From positions 7,844-71,843 of the forward strand of contig NZ_CAJQNT010000009.1 of NCBI RefSeq assembly GCF_905479755.1: a stretch of 64,000 nt of DNA, read 5' to 3'. A model generated the notes under the pieces. It ran no database searches and had not been told where the DNA came from. It saw only the letters and a list, made by a program, of their open reading frames with translations. Origin of the DNA: an uncultured Schumannella sp. Lineage in GTDB: Bacteria; Actinomycetota; Actinomycetes; Actinomycetales; Microbacteriaceae. Made by a program: the position numbers and the translations under genes. This document shows positions 15,426 through 24,106 of this stretch, one piece after another; positions within the stretch are counted from its first letter, which is position 1; each line of letters starts with the position of its first letter.

Positions 15426-17966
15426 TTACGGGGCGGTAAGCAGGCCGGTTTCTTCGAGAACGTCGCGGAGCGCATCCCGGGAACTGACGCCGAGCTTTCG
15501 GTAGGCCGCCTGCAATTGGTTGTCGACCGTACGCACCGAGATCCCGAGTTCTTCGGCGATCTCCCGGGAACGCTGGCGCCGCGCGGCCGCGCGGGCCACG
15601 TCGAGCTCGCGCGGAGTGAGCAGCGGGCGGTCGGCGGGAGCCGCGGTGGGCGCATCGATGGCGGCGCGGAGGGCGAGCGCCGTCGCGGCCAGTCGTCGGC
15701 GGGCCGATGCGGAGATGTCGTCGCGCTCGACCCTCGCCAAGATGTCGGCGGCGGCGGCCGTGAGACCGGTGCTCGCGAGAGCGGTGGCCGCCGTGATCAC
15801 CTGCTCGACGCGCCCCGAGCGCAGCGCGGCGGCCGCCGCGGCGACCGCGAGGGCCGGCTCGATGGTCTCGATCGCGTTTCGGCACAGTGCGTCCGCCACC
15901 TCGGCGGTGCGGTCGATGTCGTCGAAACGCAGCGCGCTCGCCAGAGTGAGCGAGGCCAGGAAGTCGTACGACGAGTCGATCGCATCGTCGACCGCGCGAA
16001 GGATGACCTCGGCGGCGCGCCTCGGCTCGCCGTCGGCCGCGGCGAGGAATGCCTCGCACTCGGCGCGGGTGAGCAGTGCGACACCGCTGACCGGCCCCGC
16101 CGCGTCAAGCTCCCCCAGCATGCGGCGCGCCACCTCGATGTCGCCGCGCTGGGCCGCGATCGACGCGCGCAGTCCGCGGGCGAACGGTGTCATCTCGCCG
16201 CCGTCCCAGCGGCGCAGCTGTTCCAGCGCGAGCTCGGCGAGAGCCTGCGCTTCGCCAAGTCGACCATCGTGAGCCCGCTGCCACGCAAGCATCGCGGTGA
16301 AGAACCCGACCTCGTCATAGGCCTCGGCGCGCACCGACTCCAGGTACGAGGCGGCTGCGGCCGCCTCGCCGGCGGCCCGCAGCGAGCAGACGCGTTCGAT
16401 GCCGACGGCCATCGCCGCGGTGGGGGCGTCGGCACCGAGCACCTCGCGCGGAGCGGTGAGCGTGCGCGCGGCCGCCCGCGCGACGCCGAACTCGCCCCGA
16501 GCGGAGGCGGCAATCGTTGTCGCGATCGCGCTGCGCACCTCGACGGCCGACGACTCCTCGGCGAGGCTGCGCCAGCGCCAGAGGTCGGCATCGAGCGGGG
16601 CGGCATCACCGGCGTCGAGGGCTCGCCGCACCTGTTCGCCCTGCGCCACGGCGGCGGCCGGGTCGCCGCGACGAAGGGCGAGGTGCTCCCCGCGGCGGCG
16701 CGCGAGGGCGATGCGCTCGCGCGGCTTCGCGGCCAGCGCCGCGGCCTCGTCGAAGTGCGCGTCGGCGGCGTCCAGCTCGCCGATCACCGACGCCGCCGCC
16801 CCGGCGGCGAGCTGCGCGGCGAATGCCGCCGGACGCCGGCCGGGGAGCTGGGCCGCTGCCGCCGCCAGCCGCGCGGCGCTGCGCGCGTCGCCCGTCGCGG
16901 TGGCGTATGACGCCGCCCAGGTGAGTTCGGACGGATCGGTGGGTCGCCCGGCGCGCAGTTCCCACTCGGCCGCACGGAAACGCCGGGCGGGCCGCGCATC
17001 CCGTCGGAGCAGCCGCAAGGCCTCGCCGAGGATGCCGGTCACCTCGGGGCCGCGCTCCACCGCCTCCGCGATCAGCGGGTGCGCGATGCTGACCCGGCCC
17101 GACTCCTCGACGAGCAGCCCGCGCCGGACCAGCTCCGAAATGGTGCGCGGCGCATCGAAAGTCTCGATGATGTCGGTCGCGGCGACCGGCTGCGTGATCG
17201 CCACGAGGCACATCATCGCGCGGGAGGCGGCGGGAAGCTCCTCGACGCGGGAGTCGATGAGCGCAGCGAGGGCCGTCGGGGAGCGGTCCGGTTGGATCTC
17301 GACCTGGGTGCCTCGGTGCAGCACCCGCCCGCCGTCGATCGCCGACTCGACGATCATCCGAAGGTGCAACGCGTTTCCGCCGGTCTCCCAGGCGAGACGG
17401 CGAACATCCTCGTCGCGCGCCGGAAGTCGGAAGCGACGATGGAGCAGCTCGGCGATCTCGTCGAGTTCGAGCCCCACGAGTTCGTGGCGCTGCAGCAGAC
17501 CGGAAGTGCCCAACTCCTCGAGTCGCGGAGGAAGAGCTTCGAGGGCGCGCGCGGTCGCGATCACGGTGGCGCCGAAGCCGGTGATGAGTCGCGCGACGGC
17601 CTCAGCCGACCGTTCGTCCAGCCGCGGGGCGTCGTCGACCAGCACGAGAGGCGGGGTCGGGCGCGAGCCGAGCACCTGCACGAGTTCGGTCAGGGCGTGC
17701 TCGCGTGCCGGGGGACCCAGCGCGTCCGCCACCGCCGCGAATGCGCCGAGCGGCACCGACGACTGCTCGGCGAGACCCTGCACGATGATCGGCGCGGAAC
17801 CGGCGTGCCGCTGTGCCACGACCCGCGCTAGCGCCGATTTGCCGACGCCCGCCGGACCGTGGAGGAGATGGATGACTCCCGGGTGACGTGCGACCTCGTC
17901 CGCCACCTGGGCCAGCAGGCGTTCGCGCGGAACCAACGGCCAGGTGGCGCGGTGCTCTCCGGTCAT
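15426..17966 (-). CDS. LuxR-family regulator with N-terminal AAA ATPase (LAL/MalT-like)
   Basis: Walker A HGPAGVGKSALA. C-terminal HTH LTPRELDVARAAARRQRSREIAEELGISVRTVDNQLQAAYRKLGV. Start moved to ATG 17966 (MTGEHRATWPL...), because the track start 18167 overlaps the next gene. Confidence 0.85.
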   Translation of the reverse strand: MTGEHRATWPLVPRERLLAQVADEVARHPGVIHLLHGPAGVGKSALARVVAQRHAGSAPIIVQGLAEQSSVPLGAFAAVADALGPPAREHALTELVQVLGSRPTPPLVLVDDAPRLDERSAEAVARLITGFGATVIATARALEALPPRLEELGTSGLLQRHELVGLELDEIAELLHRRFRLPARDEDVRRLAWETGGNALHLRMIVESAIDGGRVLHRGTQVEIQPDRSPTALAALIDSRVEELPAASRAMMCLVAITQPVAATDIIETFDAPRTISELVRRGLLVEESGRVSIAHPLIAEAVERGPEVTGILGEALRLLRRDARPARRFRAAEWELRAGRPTDPSELTWAASYATATGDARSAARLAAAAAQLPGRRPAAFAAQLAAGAAASVIGELDAADAHFDEAAALAAKPRERIALARRRGEHLALRRGDPAAAVAQGEQVRRALDAGDAAPLDADLWRWRSLAEESSAVEVRSAIATTIAASARGEFGVARAAARTLTAPREVLGADAPTAAMAVGIERVCSLRAAGEAAAAASYLESVRAEAYDEVGFFTAMLAWQRAHDGRLGEAQALAELALEQLRRWDGGEMTPFARGLRASIAAQRGDIEVARRMLGELDAAGPVSGVALLTRAECEAFLAAADGEPRRAAEVILRAVDDAIDSSYDFLASLTLASALRFDDIDRTAEVADALCRNAIETIEPALAVAAAAAALRSGRVEQVITAATALASTGLTAAAADILARVERDDISASARRRLAATALALRAAIDAPTAAPADRPLLTPRELDVARAAARRQRSREIAEELGISVRTVDNQLQAAYRKLGVSSRDALRDVLEETGLLTAP

Positions 17967-18118
17967 CCGCGCACCCCCCGACTGTCGGATCTGCTCCTGC
18001 TCCCCGAAGTTAGCGTACGGAGCGGTCGCCGCGGGGGACAGACTCCGGCCGACACGACGAAGGCCTTCGACGCGGTCTGGCGACCGGGCCGAAGGCCTTC
18101 CCCGTGTGGTGAGGGGGC

Positions 18119-18691
18119 TTAGACCTCGTCGACGTCGGCTTCGCCGGCCTCGATGTCTTCGACCCACAGGTCATCGTCGGCGCGGAGCGTCTGCCACGCG
18201 GCGTAGGCGACGCTCGCGACCGCGAGAACGCCGAGTCCGATCAGCACGTAGGTGCCGGGGCCGGGCGACGACTTCACGGGTTCCGGTGCGACGGCCTTCC
18301 GGGCGCGCGAACTGAGGGTGGCGGTGGCCGAGCTGGCACGCTTCACCACGTCGCGCACGTGCGGGTCCTTCGCGGCTTCGAGCACCGCGAGCGCCGAGCC
18401 GATCGCACCCGACACGGCGGGGATCACGTCGTCGGCGAGCTTGCCGCGCGCGTCGCGCGACACGGCGCGACCCTTGGCGACGCCGGTCGCGAACAGCGGC
18501 TTGACGCGGTCTTCGTAGCCTCCGCGCACGCGCGGGCCCACCTCTTCACGCGCGTAGTTCGCGGCCTGACGGCGGGCGTCGCGCAGCACATCGGCGGCGT
18601 GCTCGAGCGTCTCGCGCTGCTCATCCCACAACTGGTCGGCCGATCGCTTGAGCTTCTTCAGCTCCCGCTGGCGTTTGCGTGACAGTCCCAT
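18119..18691 (-). CDS. conserved actinobacterial C-terminally membrane-anchored protein
   Basis: MGLSRKRQRELKKLKRSADQLWDEQRE..., with a single TM (YVLIGLGVLAVASVAYAAW) and an acidic tail. Start at ATG 18691 inside ORF 18119..18784. Confidence 0.6.
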   Translation of the reverse strand: MGLSRKRQRELKKLKRSADQLWDEQRETLEHAADVLRDARRQAANYAREEVGPRVRGGYEDRVKPLFATGVAKGRAVSRDARGKLADDVIPAVSGAIGSALAVLEAAKDPHVRDVVKRASSATATLSSRARKAVAPEPVKSSPGPGTYVLIGLGVLAVASVAYAAWQTLRADDDLWVEDIEAGEADVDEV

Positions 18692-18827
18692 GGCGTCCTC
18701 CGTCTGCGGTCTGCGGCGTGTCCTTCCATCCTGCCAGGTCGCCCAACCCGGTCCAAGGGTCCAAGGGCCCGCCCGGCTGGGCATCCGCTGAGAGCGGGCC
18801 CCATGACGCGCATGACAGAATTGTGGG

Positions 18828-19367
18828 ATGCCTCAACCCACTGCCATCGCCACCATGCACACGAGCCTCGGCGACATCCGCCTCAACCTGTTCGGAAACC
18901 ACGCCCCCAAGACGGTCGACAATTTCGTCGGCCTCGCGACGGGAACCAAGGAGTGGACGCACCCGCAGACGGGTGTCACCTCGACCACCCCGCTCTACGA
19001 CGGAGTGATCTTCCACCGCATCATCACGCAGTTCATGCTTCAGGGCGGCGACCCGCTCGGCATGGGCGTCGGCGGCCCGGGTTACGAGTTCGACGACGAG
19101 ATCAACCCCGAACTCGACTTCACGCAGCCCTACATCCTCGCCATGGCGAACGCCGACACGCGCGGCGGACGCGGCACCAACGGTTCGCAGTTCTTCATCA
19201 CGACGGTGCCCACGACCTGGCTTCAGGGCAAGCACACGATCTTCGGCGAGGTCGCCGATGACGAGTCGAAGAAGGTCGTCGACGCGATCGAGGCCGTCGA
19301 GACGGATGCGCGCGACAAGCCGTTGACGGACGTCGTGATCACGAGCGTCACCGTCGAATCCCTGTAG
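18828..19367 (+). CDS. ppiA: peptidyl-prolyl cis-trans isomerase (cyclophilin type)
   Basis: HTSLGDIRLNLFGNHAPKTVDNFVGL...FHRIITQFMLQGGDP...GTNGSQFFIT. Confidence 0.9.
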   Translation: MPQPTAIATMHTSLGDIRLNLFGNHAPKTVDNFVGLATGTKEWTHPQTGVTSTTPLYDGVIFHRIITQFMLQGGDPLGMGVGGPGYEFDDEINPELDFTQPYILAMANADTRGGRGTNGSQFFITTVPTTWLQGKHTIFGEVADDESKKVVDAIEAVETDARDKPLTDVVITSVTVESL

Positions 19368-20272
19368 TGACCGGCGAGGCGGCGACCGCGGCGGGGGTCT
19401 GCTATCGGCACCCCGACCGACAGAGCTGGGTGCTGTGCCAGCGCTGCGGGCGCACCATCTGCCCGGAGTGCCAGACGCAGGCCGCGGTCGGCGTCCAGTG
19501 CCCGGAATGCGTCCGGGAGGGGCGCGCGGCAACGCGGCCGACGGCCTCGCGGTCTCGCCTCGCGCGCATGTTCCGGCCCGGGGGCACCACTCCCGTCGTG
19601 TCGATGTCGATCGGCGCGCTCTGCGTGCTGCTGTACGTGCTGCAGCTGGTCACCGGCGGCGCCGTCACCTCGGCCCTGTTGATGAACCCGAGCGTGATCG
19701 TGAGCGAGCCGTGGCGCCTGCTGACCAGCGCGTTCGTGCACTCGCCGAGTTCGTTCCTGCACATCGCGTTCAACATGTACGCGCTCGCGATCTTCGGCCC
19801 GGTGCTGGAGAGCTTCCTCGGTCGTAGCCGGTTCCTCGCGATGTATCTCCTGGCGGCGTTCGGCGGCAACGTCGCGGGCGTGCTGATCTACCAGTTGGCG
19901 GTGGTGACCGGCGGCGCATCGATCGTGCTGACGAACGGCTTCCTGCAGCCGGCCGCCTCGCTGGGTGCCTCGGGCGCGATCTTCGGGCTGATGGGCGCGC
20001 TGCTCGCGCTGCGCAAGGCGCTCGGGGTGCAGATCACGCAGCTGCTGGTCGTGCTCGGCCTCAACGTGGTGATCGGATTCCTGGTGCCCAACATCGCCTG
20101 GGAGGCCCACTTGGGCGGTCTCGCGGTCGGCTTCGCGGTGGGAACCCTGTTCTCGCGGTTGCGCCGTCCGACTCAGAAGCGGCAACGCATCCTGGGGCTC
20201 GTCACGATCGGGGCGGTGCTCGTGGTCATCTGCATCGCGAGCGTGCTCGCCGCTCCCGGCGCCTACTCCTAG
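19367..20272 (+). CDS. rhomboid family intramembrane serine protease
   Basis: N-terminal zinc-ribbon CYRHPDRQSWVLCQRCGRTICPEC. Rhomboid motifs HIAFNMY and GASGAIFGLMGA. Confidence 0.85.
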   Translation: MTGEAATAAGVCYRHPDRQSWVLCQRCGRTICPECQTQAAVGVQCPECVREGRAATRPTASRSRLARMFRPGGTTPVVSMSIGALCVLLYVLQLVTGGAVTSALLMNPSVIVSEPWRLLTSAFVHSPSSFLHIAFNMYALAIFGPVLESFLGRSRFLAMYLLAAFGGNVAGVLIYQLAVVTGGASIVLTNGFLQPAASLGASGAIFGLMGALLALRKALGVQITQLLVVLGLNVVIGFLVPNIAWEAHLGGLAVGFAVGTLFSRLRRPTQKRQRILGLVTIGAVLVVICIASVLAAPGAYS

Positions 20273-20336
20273 GGTCGCGAGTTATCCCCAGGCCTCTCCA
20301 CAGTGTGGAGGAATGACACGGGTGTAATTCGACGAT

Positions 20337-20579
20337 TTATCGCCAGCGGGTGGTCATCAGGAAGCCGATGAACATGATGCCGAAGCCGACCAGGATGTTC
20401 CAGTTTCCGAGCTGCGGCACCGGCCACGACGTCTGGCTCAGGTAGAACACGATGATCCACACGAGTCCGAGCAGCATGAATCCGAACATGACCGGCTTGA
20501 ACCACACCGGGTTCGGCGCGTCGTTGCCCGCCTTCGGCTCAGGGGAGTCGGCGGAGGTGCGGGTGGTGTCTCGGGCCAT
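20337..20579 (-). CDS. crgA: cell division protein CrgA
   Basis: 80 aa with two TM segments, PVWFKPVMFGFMLLGLVWIIVFYLS...GNWNILVGFGIMFIGFLMTTRWR. Conserved position next to rhomboid and ppiA. Confidence 0.85.
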   Translation of the reverse strand: MARDTTRTSADSPEPKAGNDAPNPVWFKPVMFGFMLLGLVWIIVFYLSQTSWPVPQLGNWNILVGFGIMFIGFLMTTRWR

Positions 20580-20663
20580 GTTGGGGATTCTAGCGGACCG
20601 CTCTGCGCCGTCGATCTCGAACGCAGGGCAGTCAGCTGTGACCTACCCCAGTAGAATCGCCGC

Positions 20664-21428
20664 ATGACGTCGCGTCGAGAGCTGCGAGAGGCGGGGCACC
20701 GCGCGAAGCCGCGTCGGCGCCGCCCGCGGGTCACGGTCGTCGGGGTTCTCGGGGAACTGCTCGTCACGGCCGGATTCCTGGTGCTCGCCTTCGTCGGCTG
20801 GCAGCTCTGGCTCAACGACATCATCGTCGGCCAGCAGCTCGAGGCCGAGTCGCTGGAGATCACCCAGGAGTGGGACAAGACCATCGGCGAGGCCGTGCGC
20901 GGCGACACCGACGATCCGCCGGTCATGAAGCCGGTCGCCGAGACCGAGCGCTTCGCGCTGCTCATCGTGCCGCGGTTCGGGGACGACTACTATCGACCGA
21001 TCGCCGAAGGCGTCGGCACCTGGAGCGTGCTGAACAAGAACAACCTCGGCCACTACCCCGGCACGCAGATGCCCGGCGAGGTCGGCAACTTCGCGATCGC
21101 CGCGCACCGCAAGGCCTACGGCGGCAACCTCGAGAACATCCACAAGCTGCAGGTCGGCGACACGGTCTACGTCGAGACCCAGGACGGCTGGTACGGCTAC
21201 GTGTTTCGCAACCTGGAGTACGTGACGCCGCGCGGCGTCGGTGTCATCGACCCGGTTCCGCAGATGGAGGGCGTCAGCCCCGAGGAACGACTCATCACGA
21301 TGACCACGTGCAACCCGTTCTTCTCCACGGCGGAGCGCATCATCGCCTACGGCGTCTTCGACCAGTTCTATCCGCGTGCGGATGGGCCCCCGGCCGAGAT
21401 CGCCGAGACGGTGCAGGCGTCGTCGTGA
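20664..21428 (+). CDS. class E sortase
   Basis: N-terminal TM. GNFAIAAHR; the catalytic TLTTC-like motif is ITMTTCNP. Synteny with crgA and trpG as in other actinobacteria. Confidence 0.85.
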   Translation: MTSRRELREAGHRAKPRRRRPRVTVVGVLGELLVTAGFLVLAFVGWQLWLNDIIVGQQLEAESLEITQEWDKTIGEAVRGDTDDPPVMKPVAETERFALLIVPRFGDDYYRPIAEGVGTWSVLNKNNLGHYPGTQMPGEVGNFAIAAHRKAYGGNLENIHKLQVGDTVYVETQDGWYGYVFRNLEYVTPRGVGVIDPVPQMEGVSPEERLITMTTCNPFFSTAERIIAYGVFDQFYPRADGPPAEIAETVQASS

Positions 21429-21447
21429 CCGACCGAGGAGACAACTG

Positions 21448-21645
21448 ATGTACGCGACGCTCTGGTATGTGCTGCCGGGCCCGTGGTGGGTGCGCGTGCT
21501 CATCCTTCTCGTGCTGCTGACCGCCGTCATGACGGCGCTGGTGATCTGGGTCTTCCCGATCATCGATGGCCTCGTCGCACCGCAGGATGTGACCGTGGAA
21601 GATGGGGCGCCTCAGGCCCTGAACCAGATTGGCGGAGGTCGATGA
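21448..21645 (+). CDS. small membrane protein (65 aa)
   Basis: RBS GAGGAG lies 7 nt before ATG 21448. MYATLWYVLPGPWWVRVLILLVLLTAVMTALVIWVFPIID. The stop overlaps the trpG start (ATGA). Confidence 0.5.
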   Translation: MYATLWYVLPGPWWVRVLILLVLLTAVMTALVIWVFPIIDGLVAPQDVTVEDGAPQALNQIGGGR

Positions 21646-22280
21646 CCCGGGTTCTTGTCGTCGACAACTACGACAGCTTCGTGTACACCCTCGTCGGCTA
21701 CCTGCAGCAGCTGGGTGCCGAGACGGACGTGATCCGCAACGACGACATCGCCGAGGCGGAGGTGCCGGCCCGGATCGCCGAGTACGACGCGGTGCTGCTG
21801 TCGCCCGGACCGGGGACCCCGGCCCACGCGGGCATCTCGATTCCGATCGTGCACGCCGCGATCGACAGCAAGCTGCCGCTGCTCGGCGTCTGCCTCGGCC
21901 ACCAGGCGATCGCCGAGGCGCTCGGCGCCACGGTCACGCACGCCGACGAGCTGATGCACGGCAAGACCTCGCAGGTGACGCACGACGACAGCGAATTCTT
22001 CGCCGGCGTTCCGAGCGAGTTCCGCGCGACGCGCTACCACTCGCTCGCCGTCGTCGACGGCACCGTCCCGGCGGAGCTCGAGGTGACGGCGCGCACGACC
22101 GGCGGCGTGATCATGGGGCTGCGGCACCGCGAGGCTCCCGTCCTCGGGGTGCAGTTCCACCCCGAATCGGTGCTGACCGAGGGCGGCTACCGGATGCTCG
22201 GCAACTGGCTGGCGACCGCGGGGCTCGCCGTCGCCGCCGAGCGCGCGCGCGACCTGACCCCGCTGGTCAAGCTCGGCTGA
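21642..22280 (+). CDS. trpG: anthranilate/aminodeoxychorismate synthase component II (glutamine amidotransferase)
   Basis: MTRVLVVDNYDSFVYTLVGYLQQLG...LGVCLGHQAI...FHPES. Confidence 0.85.
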   Translation: MTRVLVVDNYDSFVYTLVGYLQQLGAETDVIRNDDIAEAEVPARIAEYDAVLLSPGPGTPAHAGISIPIVHAAIDSKLPLLGVCLGHQAIAEALGATVTHADELMHGKTSQVTHDDSEFFAGVPSEFRATRYHSLAVVDGTVPAELEVTARTTGGVIMGLRHREAPVLGVQFHPESVLTEGGYRMLGNWLATAGLAVAAERARDLTPLVKLG

Positions 22281-22310
22281 CCGCGCCGGAGCTTCTCGAC
22301 CGAGGCAGCG

Positions 22311-24050
22311 CTACGGCTGGCAGTAGACGACGGTGACGGTCGACTTCTGCGGCTGATCGCCCTTGATCGACTGCGACACGACCTGGCCGCCGGAGCACGA
22401 CGTGTCCTGCTGGAGCTTGACCGTCAGCTGCAGCACGCCCAGACCGTCGCGGGCGGTGGTGACCGGTTCGCCGACGTAGTCGGGGATGTTGACCAGTCCG
22501 TTCGAGATCACCAGGTTCACATCGGGAACGGCATCGCCGTCCGGCGAGACCTCGACCGCGCGGGTCACGACCTCGGTGCTCCCGGGCAGTTCGACGCCGA
22601 TGACGACGCCCTTGGCGACGTTCGCCGAATAGGTCGATCGCGTCGAACCGTAGGTGAGCCCGAGCTCCTCGATCTTGGCGATCGCATCGGCCTCGGTGGA
22701 GTAGGTGAGGCTCGGCAGGGTGACGGCGGGCGGACCGGCGGAGACGACGATCGTGATCTCGTAGCCGGGCCCGACGCGGGTGCCCGCTTCGGGCGTCGTC
22801 TCGAGGATCTGGCCTGCGGGCGCGGTCACATCGGTGCGGTTGACCTGATCGATCTGCAGGCCGCTGTCGATGATCGACTGGCTCACGTCGGTGAACTGCT
22901 CGCCGACGACATCCGGCACCTCGATGGCGGTTCCGGGGCCGGAGAGCGTCGGCCCGGTGAGGGTGAAGACCCAGTAGAGCGCAGCACCCACGATGATGGC
23001 GAAGAGGGCGATGGATCCCCAGATCCAGGCGACCGGAGGGCGCGACTGCGTGCGCGGAGCGCGGTCGCCGCCGGAGTCCTCGGTGAGGCGCCGCATCGTG
23101 GCGACCGAGGCTGCCGAGGAGTTCGGGTTGACCCCGAACAGCGCGGCACCGAAGTCGTCGGTGGCGGGCGCCGCGTCGGGCACCTTGCCGGCGAGGGCGA
23201 TCTCGAGATCGGAGCGGAAGTCGGCGGCCGACTGGTGGCGCTCGAATCGGTCCTTCGCGAGCGCGCGCAGCACCACGGCGCTGAGCGCCGGGGAGATGGC
23301 CGAGTTGAGCGTGTTCGGCGGAACGGGCGCTTCGCTGACGTGCTGGTAGGCGACCGCGACCGCGCCCTCGGCGCGGAACGGCGCCTGGCCGGTGAGCATC
23401 TCGTAGAGCACGACCCCGGTCGAGTAGAGGTCGGTGCGAGCGTCGACCGCCTCGCCGCGCGCCTGCTCGGGCGAGAAGTACTGGGCGGTGCCGAGGATCG
23501 CGCTGGTCTGCGCGATGGTGGCCGACGAGTCCGAGATCGCGCGTGCGATCCCGAAGTCCATGACCTTCACCTGACCGTTCTGGGTGATCATCACGTTGCC
23601 GGGCTTGATGTCGCGGTGCACGACGCCCGCGCGATGCGAGTACTCGAGCGCGGTCAGGATTCCTTCGGCGATGCGCACAGCTTCGGCCGGCTCCACGGGG
23701 CCGGCCTCGAGCACGTCCTTCAGCAGCTTGCCCTCGACCCGCTCCATCACGATGAACGGCAGCTGGAGCTCGCCGCCCGCGGGATCAGGGACGGTCTGCT
23801 CCCCGGCGTCGTAGACGCGCACGATCGTCGGGTGTGACATCCGCGCGGCGGCCTGGGCCTCCTGGCGGAAGCGGGTGCGGAAGGCCGGGTCGGAGGCGAG
23901 CGCGGGGCGCAGAAGCTTGACGGCGACGTTGCGACCGAGGCGGGCGTCGTAGCCCGCGTGCACCTCGGCCATGCCGCCCCGGCCGAGAAGCTCTCCGATT
24001 TGGTAGCGGTCAGCCAGAAGATGGGTTCCGGCGATCGGCCCCTCGGTCAC
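22311..24050 (-). CDS. pknB: Ser/Thr protein kinase with PASTA repeats
   Basis: Kinase motifs GRGGMAEVH, HRDIKPGN and DFGIA. One TM, then repeated PASTA-like modules. Confidence 0.9.
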   Translation of the reverse strand: MTEGPIAGTHLLADRYQIGELLGRGGMAEVHAGYDARLGRNVAVKLLRPALASDPAFRTRFRQEAQAAARMSHPTIVRVYDAGEQTVPDPAGGELQLPFIVMERVEGKLLKDVLEAGPVEPAEAVRIAEGILTALEYSHRAGVVHRDIKPGNVMITQNGQVKVMDFGIARAISDSSATIAQTSAILGTAQYFSPEQARGEAVDARTDLYSTGVVLYEMLTGQAPFRAEGAVAVAYQHVSEAPVPPNTLNSAISPALSAVVLRALAKDRFERHQSAADFRSDLEIALAGKVPDAAPATDDFGAALFGVNPNSSAASVATMRRLTEDSGGDRAPRTQSRPPVAWIWGSIALFAIIVGAALYWVFTLTGPTLSGPGTAIEVPDVVGEQFTDVSQSIIDSGLQIDQVNRTDVTAPAGQILETTPEAGTRVGPGYEITIVVSAGPPAVTLPSLTYSTEADAIAKIEELGLTYGSTRSTYSANVAKGVVIGVELPGSTEVVTRAVEVSPDGDAVPDVNLVISNGLVNIPDYVGEPVTTARDGLGVLQLTVKLQQDTSCSGGQVVSQSIKGDQPQKSTVTVVYCQP

Positions 24051-24106
24051 GGCGTAGTCCTATCGGTCGTTGAGTCGGAGCAAGTGTAGTGGCTCGCGCT
24101 GAACCG

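Noticed and set aside
15345-17886. Long plus-strand ORFs (15345..16910, 15520..16272, 16399..17886) overlapping the LuxR gene
   Set aside because: They are antisense to a gene with clear Walker A and LuxR HTH motifs. Translations are Arg/Gly/Ala/Ser low-complexity strings, typical of stop-poor frames in ~72 percent GC DNA.
17967-18167. N-terminal extension of the LuxR regulator to the track start at 18167, and extensions of fhaA (to 31603), fhaB (to 30651) and the acuI-like gene (to 63125)
   Set aside because: The extensions are Arg/Pro-rich. They overlap neighbouring genes or the tRNA-Leu promoter region and lack family similarity. Internal starts with SD sequences give proteins of canonical length.
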